Below, one piece after another: positions 39,478 to 49,101 of a DNA stretch of 64,000 nt (position 1 is the first letter of the stretch; each line of letters starts with the position of its first letter). Source of the stretch: an uncultured delta proteobacterium (GTDB lineage: Bacteria; Desulfobacterota; Zymogenia; Zymogenales; Zymogenaceae); assembly GCA_963792965.1 (NCBI GenBank), contig CAWBYW010000007.1, positions 256,001 through 320,000 on the forward strand, in the 5' to 3' direction. The notes beneath the pieces were generated by a model. That model was not told the origin of the DNA and made no database searches. It saw nothing but the letters and a program-made list of their open reading frames with translations. The translations under genes and the position numbers were made by a program.

Positions 39478-40275
39478 CTAAGGGACGATATTCTTTTTCC
39501 TAAACTGCGTCAGGTAATTCCGACAATAGGGATCTTTACCGAGCAACATCTCGGTAACGGTGACCGCCGTCGTGAGTTTCTTATCGAGAGGGTCGATGAT
39601 GGCTGCATCAAGTCCCGCCTCTATCGCCAGGGTCATGAACGTTCGGTTGATGAGGAATCGCTCGGGCATGCCGTAGGAGATATTGGAGAGGCCACAGATG
39701 ATATGCACCCCTTCGATATCTTTGCGGATGCGCCTCATCGTATCGAGCACCGCGACTGCTTTCGTATGGTCGGCGCTGATCGTCTGGACGAGCGGATCCA
39801 GGAAGATGTGCTCCCGCTTGATCCCGAGCTTCTCGAGGGCCTGTACCATTCGGACGGCGTTGTTGTAGGTCTGGTCGGCGCTCTTCGGCAGCCCCGTATC
39901 ATCCATGCAGAGGGCAACGATGTCGGCCTCCCGCTCCGTCAGCACACCCGACATTGATTCGAGTTTCTTGGTCTCCAGCGAAACCGAATTGATCATGGGC
40001 ATCTTCTTGAGCCCGTGGATATTCTTCAGGATAACCGCGCTGCTTGAGCTGTCGATGGAGATGCGTGCGTCCACCGCACCCTGGACCAGGCCGATCATCC
40101 AGGCCATGTCCGCCTCCTCCCGGTCGGGATGGGCGCCGGCGTTGACGTCTATGATCTGGGCGCCCGTGTCGAACTGGTCTTTTGCCTCCTTGACGATGAG
40201 CGCCTCGTCCTTCTTTTCAATGGCCTCGCGGACACTCTTACGGGCGGCGTTGAGCCTTTCGGCAACGATAATCAT
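39478..40275 (-). CDS. Methyl-THF:corrinoid methyltransferase (AcsE-like pterin-binding domain)
   Basis: IVAERLN, IDVNAG, SIDS, INSVS, FLDPLV, CGLSNISYGMPER. Confidence 0.9.
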   Translation of the reverse strand: MIIVAERLNAARKSVREAIEKKDEALIVKEAKDQFDTGAQIIDVNAGAHPDREEADMAWMIGLVQGAVDARISIDSSSSAVILKNIHGLKKMPMINSVSLETKKLESMSGVLTEREADIVALCMDDTGLPKSADQTYNNAVRMVQALEKLGIKREHIFLDPLVQTISADHTKAVAVLDTMRRIRKDIEGVHIICGLSNISYGMPERFLINRTFMTLAIEAGLDAAIIDPLDKKLTTAVTVTEMLLGKDPYCRNYLTQFRKKNIVP

Positions 40276-40418
40276 ACCGGCTCCCTCACACGCGATTAAC
40301 GTAAAGACGACTATATCGAGGTGACCCTACCATAGCGGCCCTTGGTTGTCAAGGCAAATGGATTTTAGCTTGAAAGACGGTATCGCCTCTCTACCGGGTT
40401 AAAGTCATCTCCCCGCGT

Positions 40419-41076
40419 TTATGGGTCGGTCAGACGACGGAGCGCAAGGAGCGTCGGCGGGATCATCTTGAACTCGCCCGATCGGTTTCTTTCCAGCGCC
40501 TCCTCCGGAGTTACCCAGAGTGAGCGCTGCACCTCACGGCTCTCGATCCCGGCCTCCTGCCCGCCGGGAAGCTCGGAGCGAAAGAAGACGGTGTGAAACC
40601 TGACAGGGGCAAAGGCGGGCGTAGTAAAGAGCTGGAGAAAGGCAAGGGAGTGACCCGCGTAAAAGAGATCTTTTTCTCTCACCGCATCAACGAACGCCCC
40701 CCCGCTCAGGTTTCCGTTATCTCTCATGGAGCGGTATGTCGCCTCCGATACGATCTTCCCCGCCGCGTCGCACAACAGGAGAACGCCCGCTTCCTCAAAG
40801 AGCTCGCGGACGGCGGCCGTGTAGAAGCCGAGCGGGTCGTGGCCGTCGCTTGTCACATCGGCAACGGCCGACGTGTCGACGCCGAGAAGCCTGCCGGTCG
40901 TATCCGGGCCCGAGATCCACCGTGTCTACCCTGCCGCCGGGAAACACATAGTAACCGCCCAGGAAGGCCATTGAGTCGGCCCTCTTCGTGAGAAATACCT
41001 CGCGCATTCCCCGGTCATGCCTGAGCAGCACTACGGTTGCAGCCGGCCTTGGGACTACCGGCGGGCCAAGAGCCAT
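40419..41076 (-). CDS. NUDIX hydrolase; apparent +1 frameshift near 40908
   Basis: PRPAATVVLLR..YVFPGGRVD in one frame and AAVRELFEEAGVLL..TTP...RF..MIPPT in the next. Confidence 0.8.
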
Positions 41077-42028
41077 TGGTACTCCTTGACGTGGTCGATG
41101 AACTCGCCGATGAGCTCGTGTCGCTCGCTCTGGATCGAGCCCGAAAGGACAATGTATCTGATCTCGGCGTCGTCTCTAACCGAAAGCAGCTCCGCGAGGC
41201 TCCCCCCCTCGTGCGAAAAGCCGGCCTTCGTCAGGGCGCGCCTGAGGTGATCAAAGCGTATCGTCACCTCCGTATGGCCGAAGAGGAGGATCTTCCTGGG
41301 CCACCGATCGGCCCGCGTATCCCGCAGGAAACCGCCCATCGCACCAGGCACCGACCAGTCCGACGAATGCTCCGAAATGAAGAGCCTGTCGCTCCTTTGG
41401 GTCGCGAGCTCCACGAACCGAACCGCACCCGTGTTGAGGTGGATGACCCCGGGCGCGTCCGAAAGGTCAATATCGAGCCCCTCAATAAAGTCACGGGCCT
41501 CTTTCAGATGTTCCGTCACTGCCGCTTCCTGGCTCTCTCGGGGGCTGTCGGTCCTCCATGAGCGCGATGAGCGCGGATTTCGGGATATCGACGATCGACG
41601 GAAAATCGGCGAGGTTTTCGTTTGAGATGATCAGGTCAAAACCGCTCGCATGCCGGCAGATAGTCAAAAATGTCCGACTCGACGAACTTCACTCGCCCGC
41701 CGAACGACGAGAGGGTTTCTCGCTGACGGGCAAGGAAGACCGGGCTGATATCGGCCATCGTCAGCGCTATCGTTTCAAACCGTGAAAGAAGGGAGCGCGC
41801 GAGGTTTCCGTGGCCGCCCCCCACCTCGAGGACGCGGGCGCCGTCCGATATCATTGCCCGGCTCTGCAGGAGGTCGGCCACCACGTCGCCGTAGGCGCGT
41901 CGCGCCCTGAGGGCGTCCTGATAGGGTGAATCGACGTCCCTGAGGCACTCGCTGATCGTCTGCTCCCAGCCGAGGCTTGCGCCCGTTGACCGGTGATAGG
42001 CCGTCGTATCGTTGAGCGAGACCGGCAT
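41055..42028 (-). CDS. Class I SAM methyltransferase; two apparent frameshifts (about 41640 and about 41542)
   Basis: VLEVGGGHG, ADISP, then FDLIISNENLADF after removing one T; plausibly continues into ORF 41055..41519. Confidence 0.65.
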
Positions 42029-42032
42029 CGGT

Positions 42033-43061
42033 CTACTTCTTAAAGACTTCACGAAAGGCCAGGATGGTCTCTTCGATCTCGTCGGATGTGACATTGAGGT
42101 GAGTGACGCAGCGCACCTTCGTCTGGCCGAACGGGAGCATAAACACGTCCCTCTTGCCCATCTGGACGACGACATCGATGGGTGAGAGCTTCTTTGAATC
42201 GATCTCAAAGATCACGATATTGGTCTGGACGTCCTTCGGATCGATCGATACCCCCGGCATCTTCGAGAGCGCCTGTGCGAGATGCTGCGCGTTCTTGTGG
42301 TCATCTGCAAGGCGCTCGACATGGTGATCCAGCGCCCAGAGCGCCGCGGCCGCGGCAATGCCGACCTGGCGCTGCCCGCCGCCAACCATCTTACGGAACC
42401 GGTGCACCCGGTCGATGACCAGTTCATCTCCCGCAATCATGGACCCCATGGGCGCCCCCAGTCCCTTCGAGAAACAGATCGTGACGGTATCGAAGTATTT
42501 CGCATACTCCTTGGCCTCAATCCGTGAGGCGACGACCGCGTTGAGGAGCCGCGCCCCGTCCATATGCATCTTCATGCCCTGATCCAGGCACAGCTCCCGG
42601 GTCTTTTCGATCTCTTCAATCGGGATTATCGCCCCGCCGGCCCGGTTGTGCGTGTTCTCTATGACGACAAGTGAGCTTCTCGGTTGATGGTGGTCCGCCG
42701 GCCGGATTACGGCGGCTACCTGGTCGCGCGTGATGAGCCCCCGTTTGCCCGGGATCGGCCTGAGCTGAACCCCCGAAAGGACGGCCGAGCCCGCGGCCTC
42801 GTAGGTGAAGACGTGGCTTTCGGCTTCGAGGATCACCTCTTCTCCCGGTTCGGTGAGCGCCTTGACGGAAAGGAGGTTACCCATCGTGCCGGAGGCGACC
42901 CAAATCGCGCGCTCCTTGCCGAGCAGTGCCGCAACCCTCTGTTGAAGACGGTTTACCGTGGGGTCTTCGCTGAAGACGTCATCTCCGACCTCGGCCTCGA
43001 AAATAGCCTTCCTCATCTCATTGGTCGGCTTGGTGACCGTGTCGCTCCTCAAATCTATCAT
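42033..43061 (-). CDS. ltaE: Low-specificity L-threonine aldolase
   Basis: DLRSDTVTKP, GDDVF.EDP, SGTMGN, ENTHN, HMDGAR, CFSKGLGAP. Confidence 0.95.
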   Translation of the reverse strand: MIDLRSDTVTKPTNEMRKAIFEAEVGDDVFSEDPTVNRLQQRVAALLGKERAIWVASGTMGNLLSVKALTEPGEEVILEAESHVFTYEAAGSAVLSGVQLRPIPGKRGLITRDQVAAVIRPADHHQPRSSLVVIENTHNRAGGAIIPIEEIEKTRELCLDQGMKMHMDGARLLNAVVASRIEAKEYAKYFDTVTICFSKGLGAPMGSMIAGDELVIDRVHRFRKMVGGGQRQVGIAAAAALWALDHHVERLADDHKNAQHLAQALSKMPGVSIDPKDVQTNIVIFEIDSKKLSPIDVVVQMGKRDVFMLPFGQTKVRCVTHLNVTSDEIEETILAFREVFKK

Positions 43062-44314
43062 GTCACAGCCTCCTTATCTATCCCGGTCAGATCCCTGAGT
43101 GCCCGGTCGAGCTCCCTCAGGAAAGATTCGCTGTCGGTGACGATGCCGACGGCCTGAAATGACCCCCGGTCGGAGAGTTTTGTCGCCACCGCGGGGTTTA
43201 TATCCACGGCGACCGTCCGCACGTGCGCCGGAAGGAGATTCCCCGTGGCCACCGAATGAAGGGTCGAGGCCACCATGACAGCCAGTCCCACGCCCCGGGC
43301 GTGTTGCCTCATCTCTTGTTGGGCTTCCTGCGTGTCTGTAATCACCTCCGGCAGGGGCCCGTCGTCCCTGATGGAGCCAGCCAGTACAAACGGGACGTTC
43401 CTGGTGACGAGTGAATACATGACCCCCTTGGTGATGAGCCCTTTTTCGACCGCATTTCTGATGCCCCCGACCTTTCGTATGGTGTTGATTGCCCGCAGAT
43501 GGTGCTCATGGCCGCCGGAGGCGGGGATGCCACGATCGAGATAGAAACCGAGCGACGTGCCGAAGAGCGCGTATTCGATGTCGTGGACGGCCAGCGCGTT
43601 ACCGGAAAAAAACACGTCGACAAACCCCATCTCGATGATATCGGAAAGGTATCTCCCGGCGCGGGTATGGATGACGGCGGGTCCGGCCACTACGAGTATT
43701 TTCTTTTGTGACTTTTTGGCAGCGACCATCTCTGCGGCGATCTTCTTGATGAGCTCACCTTTCGGCTTTTCCGACGATACCCCCGACCCCATGAACTCGA
43801 AGAGCTCCCTCTCGCGCGAGCGCTCAAGGGGGATGACCTTGATGCCGTCGTGGCCCACGACGAGCTTGTCCCCCTTATTCACCGAGCCGATCGGGACGGT
43901 CCCTGCGGTATGTCTTTCGAGATCGAGCCTGATCCCACAGTCCATCTCGGGGTCTTCCACCTCATGCCACTGTCCGCCAAGAAAGATCTGTGTGGCGAGG
44001 TTCGTCGTCGAATAGAAATCGTCCGGGAATACCCCATCAATCGGCGCCTCTTCCCATCTCGCCTCCCGGTCTCGCGCGACCACCGCCCCCAGCCCCTGTA
44101 CGGCGTCCACGATATCGACAAGAGAGCCGTCGGTGTCGGCAAAGATGCGTATGCGCGCATAGCTCGTCTCGGTCTTCTTTTTCCCCATCCGAAACTCTTC
44201 GACATCGAAGTTCCCTCCCTGCTCCATGATCTCCGTGAGAACCCGGGGCAGGATAAGGGAGTCGATAATGTGTCCGACGAGCTCAATGACTTCTTCCGGC
44301 ATCCAATCTTCCAA
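43058..44314 (-). CDS. TIGR00300-family protein (LOR/SDH; ArgZ C-terminal ornithine-cyclodeaminase-like)
   Basis: GHIIDS, FYSTTN, EMDC, FEFMGSGVSSEKP, GNALAVHDIE, LAGSIRDDGPLP, LHSVATGN. Confidence 0.88.
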   Translation of the reverse strand: MEDWMPEEVIELVGHIIDSLILPRVLTEIMEQGGNFDVEEFRMGKKKTETSYARIRIFADTDGSLVDIVDAVQGLGAVVARDREARWEEAPIDGVFPDDFYSTTNLATQIFLGGQWHEVEDPEMDCGIRLDLERHTAGTVPIGSVNKGDKLVVGHDGIKVIPLERSRERELFEFMGSGVSSEKPKGELIKKIAAEMVAAKKSQKKILVVAGPAVIHTRAGRYLSDIIEMGFVDVFFSGNALAVHDIEYALFGTSLGFYLDRGIPASGGHEHHLRAINTIRKVGGIRNAVEKGLITKGVMYSLVTRNVPFVLAGSIRDDGPLPEVITDTQEAQQEMRQHARGVGLAVMVASTLHSVATGNLLPAHVRTVAVDINPAVATKLSDRGSFQAVGIVTDSESFLRELDRALRDLTGIDKEAVT

Positions 44315-44429
44315 AAAATAGAATTTCTAAATATATACCATAAAAGGGCCGCACCGGCAACTCCATATTGACATCGGCCGACTATTTTGATAAGTATCTA
44401 TCACGAGCCTAACCTGAATGGAATAAGAC

Positions 44430-45464
44430 ATGACAATCACCTATAAGGACTCCGGCGTCGATATCGACAAGGGGAACCTTTTCGTCAAGATGATTAAAAA
44501 AGAGGTCGAGTCGACCCGTACCAAGGGCGTCCTCGGGGGGATCGGCGGTTTCGGCGGCCTCTTCCGCCCCAACATCACGGGAATGAAGGAGCCGGTGCTG
44601 GTCTCCTCCACCGACGGCGTCGGGACCAAGCTCGCCGTCGCTCAGATGATGGGCGTCCATGATACCGTCGGGATCGATCTGGTTGCCATGTCCGTCAACG
44701 ATATCGCCGTGACGGGGGCCTCACCGCTTTTCTTTCTGGACTACATAGCCACGGGAAAGCTTGAGGAGGGCGTGCTCGTTTCGGTAATAACCGGCGTCGC
44801 CGCCGGCTGCCGGGAGGCGGGATGCGCCCTCATCGGCGGCGAGACGGCCGAGATGCCCGGCTTCTACCCAGAGGGCACGTATGACCTTGCGGGCTTTGCC
44901 GTCGGCATCGTGGACAGGCGCGCCATCATCGACGGCGGCACCATAAGAAACGGTGATGTCATCGTCGGCATCCCGTCATCGGGCCTGCACAGCAACGGTT
45001 ATTCACTGGCGCGTAAGATCGTCTTCGACGCGCTCAGGCTCAATCCCGGAGATCGCGTGGCCGGGCTGGACAGGAGCATCGGCCAAGAGCTCCTGACGCC
45101 GACGCGCATCTATGTGAAGACCGTCAGGGCACTGCTCGGAAGCGTGGCGATCACCGCTATCGCCCACATCACCGGAGGCGGCCTTATCGACAATATCGAG
45201 CGACTGCTGCCCGAGGGCCTGTCGGCCGTTCTCGACATGAAGGCGTGGGAAGTCCCCCCGATCTTCCGGTTCCTCCAGGAGGGAGGAAACGTGGAAAAAT
45301 CCGAAATGCTGCGCACCTTCAACAACGGTATCGGGCTGGCAATCGCGGTGCGCAAGCGGGACGCCGACCGCGCCCTAACTATCCTGAGAACCTCAGGGGA
45401 GAGGCCGATCGTCATCGGCGGAATTGAAAAGAGGAAGGACGGCGCACCCGCGGTGCGCTACTGA
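44430..45464 (+). CDS. purM: AIR synthetase
   Basis: YKDSGVDI, GGFGG, TDGVGTK, GGETAEMP, HSNGYSL, AHITGGG. Confidence 0.97.
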   Translation: MTITYKDSGVDIDKGNLFVKMIKKEVESTRTKGVLGGIGGFGGLFRPNITGMKEPVLVSSTDGVGTKLAVAQMMGVHDTVGIDLVAMSVNDIAVTGASPLFFLDYIATGKLEEGVLVSVITGVAAGCREAGCALIGGETAEMPGFYPEGTYDLAGFAVGIVDRRAIIDGGTIRNGDVIVGIPSSGLHSNGYSLARKIVFDALRLNPGDRVAGLDRSIGQELLTPTRIYVKTVRALLGSVAITAIAHITGGGLIDNIERLLPEGLSAVLDMKAWEVPPIFRFLQEGGNVEKSEMLRTFNNGIGLAIAVRKRDADRALTILRTSGERPIVIGGIEKRKDGAPAVRY

Positions 45465-45619
45465 CAGAGAGATGGTTCCCCGGGAAGCCGGTCCCGGAGA
45501 GAGAGCGTATCCCGTCCTCATAAGACGCTCGGTCGCTCGGGCCGGGTGGGGGTTTGTGTCCGGCGTCACAAACATTATTAGTCGCACGCTCTTTGTATCA
45601 GTTCTTTTGAGGTGCCGGT

Positions 45620-46276
45620 ATGCTCACGATAGCCGTCTTTATCTCCGGCAGCGGATCTAACCTTCAGTCGATCATCGACAACATCGAGAAGGGAGCGCTC
45701 GACGCCCGCATCGCACTGGTGCTCTCAAACGAGCCGGAGGCCTTCGGGCTTGAGCGCGCCAAAAAGCACGGCATTCCCACCGCCGTCGTCAACCACCGGG
45801 ATTTTAAGAACCGCCGTGAATTCGAAGAGGCGATCCTGGCCACAATAGTCGGCCGCCCCATCGAGCTCATCTGTCTTGCCGGATTCATGCGCGTCCTGAC
45901 AACAGATTTTATAAGGCGTTTTCCCAGGAAGATCATCAACATCCACCCGGCGCTCCTCCCGTCTTTCGCCGGCACCCACGGACAGAAGGACGCCTTCGAC
46001 TACGGGGTCAAATTCTCCGGCTGCACGATCCACTTCGTCGACGAAGGAGTCGACACCGGGCCCATCATCATGCAGGCCGTCGTGCCGGTCATGCCCGACG
46101 ACGACGTCGAGAGCCTCCAGAAGAGGATCCTCGCCCAGGAGCACAGGATCTATCCCCAGGTCATTCAGTTTATCGCGGAAGGACGCGTCACAATCGAAGG
46201 GAGGAAAGTTATCGTTCGGGGGGGAAAGAAAATCGAGAGCTTCGCCCACACCAGCCCGCCCCTCGAGATCGGGTAA
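45620..46276 (+). CDS. purN: GAR formyltransferase
   Basis: SGSGSNLQ, LAGFMR, INIHPALLP, GCTIHFVDEGVDTGPII. Confidence 0.97.
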   Translation: MLTIAVFISGSGSNLQSIIDNIEKGALDARIALVLSNEPEAFGLERAKKHGIPTAVVNHRDFKNRREFEEAILATIVGRPIELICLAGFMRVLTTDFIRRFPRKIINIHPALLPSFAGTHGQKDAFDYGVKFSGCTIHFVDEGVDTGPIIMQAVVPVMPDDDVESLQKRILAQEHRIYPQVIQFIAEGRVTIEGRKVIVRGGKKIESFAHTSPPLEIG

Positions 46277-46279
46277 GCC

Positions 46280-46714
46280 ATGTACCTCGTCAGCGCGTGT
46301 CTGGTCGGGATCAACTGCAGGTATGACGGGAAGAATTCCTTCTCCGAGGCGGTCGCCCGCTTCCTGCAGGATAAGGAGTTCGTGCCGGTTTGTCCCGAGC
46401 TCCTCGGCGGGCTCGGCGTCCCCCGGCCCCCGTGCCGGTTTTCGGGCGGCGACGGGAAGGCGGTGCTTTCCGGTCGCGCACGCGTCCTTTCGGATAACGG
46501 AGACGACATGACCGCCCCTTTCATCTCGGGCGCCCAAAAGGCCCTCTCGATCGCCGCACTGAAGGGGGCAACAGTCGCCGTCCTCAACGAGAGAAGCCCC
46601 TCCTGCGGCGTCCGCGAGGTCTATATAGAAATGGAAAGATCCCCGGGGCTCGGGGTGACCGCCTGGCTGCTGGCGGATGAGGGGATCGAGCTCATCTCCG
46701 ACGAGGATATCTGA
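46280..46714 (+). CDS. DUF523 / 2-thiouracil desulfurase-like Fe-S protein
   Basis: SACLVG..CRYDG, PVCPE..GGLGVPR, SPSCG. Confidence 0.88.
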   Translation: MYLVSACLVGINCRYDGKNSFSEAVARFLQDKEFVPVCPELLGGLGVPRPPCRFSGGDGKAVLSGRARVLSDNGDDMTAPFISGAQKALSIAALKGATVAVLNERSPSCGVREVYIEMERSPGLGVTAWLLADEGIELISDEDI

Positions 46715-46845
46715 AGGCCGGCGACAATCGTCGTCTCGTGCCGGATTGATTGGATACGATCATCGGTGTAGATTTTTTCGTCGTGCCGTGCTAACGTGTC
46801 CTTTATCGGCAAAAACTTTTATATGTATAGAGGTGAGGTCATACC

Positions 46846-47769
46846 ATGAAATCAAAAACCTTCACGTTCAAGGGCGAAGATGGAAAAGAGATCTTCACCT
46901 ACTCATGGCTTCCGGACGGCAAGGCAAAAGCGGCCGTGCAGATTTCCCACGGCATGGCCGAACACGCCGCGCGCTACGAAAGGTTTGCCAAGGCGCTGAC
47001 GGACGCGGGCTTTGCCGTCTATGCCAACGACCACCGTGGGCACGGTAAGACGGCCGGCGCGCTGGAAAACGTCGGTTACTTTGCCGACCGGGACGGCTGG
47101 AATGTCGTCATCGGAGACATGCACCGCCTGACCCAACTCATCAAGAAAGAGCAGCCCGGTCTTCCCGTCTTCCTCTTCGGCCACAGCATGGGGTCCCTCC
47201 TGTCACGCGGGTACATCACCCGGTGGGGCGGCGACATCAAGGGGGTCATTCTCTCGGGCACCGGCGGCGATCCGGGGCTCTTGGGCAAAGTCGGACTCTT
47301 GGTGGCGCGCTGGGAGTCTAAACGAAAAGGAAGAAAGGCGCCGAGTCCTCTGATGACGAAGCTCTCCTTCGGCGCATTTAATAAGCCCTTCAAACCCGCG
47401 CGGACCGAGTTCGAGTGGCTTTCACGGGACCCCAAGGAGGTCGACAAGTACGTCGCTGACCCTTACTGCGGCGGAGTCTTCACCGCCGGCTTCTGGTATG
47501 ACATGCTCTCTTCGATGGGGGAGATCTATCGGCCGGCCGTCATCGCCAAGATCCCTAAGAAGCTCCCCATATACCTGTTCTCGGGCGAAAAGGACCCGGT
47601 CGGAAACAACATGAAAGGCGTCAAGGAGGCCTATAACGCCTACGAGAAGGCCGGGGTCGCCGACGTGACGGTTAAGTTCTATAAAGACGGCAGGCATGAG
47701 ATGCTCAATGAGATCAACCGGGACGAGGTCTATAAGGACGTGATCGCCTGGCTGAACAAGCACCTTTAG
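46846..47769 (+). CDS. Alpha/beta hydrolase (lysophospholipase-like)
   Basis: HGMAEH, DHRGHG, GHSMG, DPV, RHEMLNE. Confidence 0.92.
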   Translation: MKSKTFTFKGEDGKEIFTYSWLPDGKAKAAVQISHGMAEHAARYERFAKALTDAGFAVYANDHRGHGKTAGALENVGYFADRDGWNVVIGDMHRLTQLIKKEQPGLPVFLFGHSMGSLLSRGYITRWGGDIKGVILSGTGGDPGLLGKVGLLVARWESKRKGRKAPSPLMTKLSFGAFNKPFKPARTEFEWLSRDPKEVDKYVADPYCGGVFTAGFWYDMLSSMGEIYRPAVIAKIPKKLPIYLFSGEKDPVGNNMKGVKEAYNAYEKAGVADVTVKFYKDGRHEMLNEINRDEVYKDVIAWLNKHL

Positions 47770-47864
47770 TCGTCACGTTTGGTGAATCGAGAGGCTGCGG
47801 TATCGCCGACGTATCTCTATCGTCATCGGAGACGATACTCATCTCTTATAGCAGGGAGGAGACA

Positions 47865-48080
47865 ATGGACGAGAAGATCATCATTTACGGCAGGAGCGGC
47901 TGACCCTACACGGACAAGGCCAGGTCGGCCTTCGGGGACCGGGCGACGTATTTCGACGTCGATAAGGACCCAAAGAAGATGGACGAGATGCTCACCCATT
48001 CGAAGGGAAAGCGATCGGTCCCCGTGATCGTCGAGGGAACAAAGGTAACGGTCGGGTACGGCGGTTCCTGAGGCGTCTGA
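47865..48080 (+). CDS. UXX-star glutaredoxin-like selenoprotein with two Sec (not in ORF track)
   Basis: GGAGG SD; MDEKIIIYGRSG-U-PYTDKARSAF...SVPVIVEGTKVTVGYGGS-U-GV-stop; TGA at 47901 and 48069, each followed by a hairpin. Confidence 0.9.
47904..47937 (+). promoter_or_regulatory. Bacterial SECIS element 1
   Basis: AAGGCC-AGGTC-GGCCTT hairpin 12 nt after TGA 47901. Confidence 0.75.
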
Positions 48081-48099
48081 CGGCGCACCGTGCGTGCGC
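48072..48099 (+). promoter_or_regulatory. Bacterial SECIS element 2
   Basis: GCGCAC-CGTGC-GTGCGC hairpin 11 nt after TGA 48069. Confidence 0.65.
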
Positions 48100-48133
48100 A
48101 CCACATCCAGGGCGGCGCTGGGCCTCCTTTCGT

Positions 48134-48499
48134 TCAGAAATCGGCGTCAAAGGCGTTTGGGATTAGCTTTACCCTCGGAATGAATCCGACGAGGTCCACC
48201 GCCACCACGTCGAAACGACAGGCCGTATCGCCGGTCCCCGCGCGCTGTGTGAGGTAGATGAGGGCCATCTGCGTAAGCTTCCTTCTCTTTTTCTCATCGA
48301 CCGCTTCTTCCGGCGGGCCGTACTCGGCCGACTTCTTCGTCTTCACCTCCACAAAGACCAGATCGTCCCCGTCCACAGCTATGATGTCGATCTCGCCGTA
48401 TCGCGTGCGGTAGTTTGTCTCGATAATGCGGTAGCCGGCCAGCATGAGCCGTATCCGGGCGATCCGCTCCCCGAGCCTCCCTTCCCTATTGCGCTTCAC
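48134..48499 (-). CDS. yraN: YraN-family nuclease
   Basis: G..GE..A, NYRTRYGEIDII, LVFVEVK, RFDVV. Confidence 0.92.
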   Translation of the reverse strand: MKRNREGRLGERIARIRLMLAGYRIIETNYRTRYGEIDIIAVDGDDLVFVEVKTKKSAEYGPPEEAVDEKKRRKLTQMALIYLTQRAGTGDTACRFDVVAVDLVGFIPRVKLIPNAFDADF

Positions 48500-49098
48500 G
48501 GATGACCTCCTTCACGCCCGAAAAAGTCCGTCGGTGGATGGGACACGGCCCGTGTCTTTGAAGCGCGGCAAGATGCTCCGCCGTCCCATAGCCCTTGTTT
48601 TGCGCGAAGTTGTATTCGGGGTATTGACGGTGATATTCGCGCATGATCCGATCCCGTGTGACCTTAGCCACGACGGAGGCGGCCGCGATAGACGCCGACC
48701 TCCGGTCCCCCTTGATGAGCGCGACGTGGGGGATGTCGGACGGAAAGCCGTACCCTCCGTCCACAAGGACGAGATCGAACGCGGACCGTAGTCCCTTCAC
48801 CACCTCCTCCATCGCCACAAGAGATGCCCTGAGGATGTTGATTCGGTCTATCTGTTCGTGGTCAACGCCGGCCACCCTCCATGCCACTGCTGCGCCCGTG
48901 ATCTCGTCATAGAAGCGCTCCCTGAGCCTCGGGGGTAAGCTCCTTTGAGTCTCTAAGCCCTTCTATTCGCACCCCCCTCGGCAGCACCACCCCGGCCGCC
49001 ACCACCGGGCCGGCCAAGGGTCCCCTGCCCGCCTCATCCACCCCACAGAGGCGCGCGAACCCCTCAGCATAGAACTGCTCATCAAAACGGAAAAGCAT
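48486..49098 (-). CDS. rnhB: Ribonuclease HII; apparent +1 frameshift near 48933
   Basis: [19 protein letters not shown], then [34 protein letters not shown]; one C fewer gives [12 protein letters not shown]. Confidence 0.92.
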
Positions 49099-49101
49099 GG
49101 T

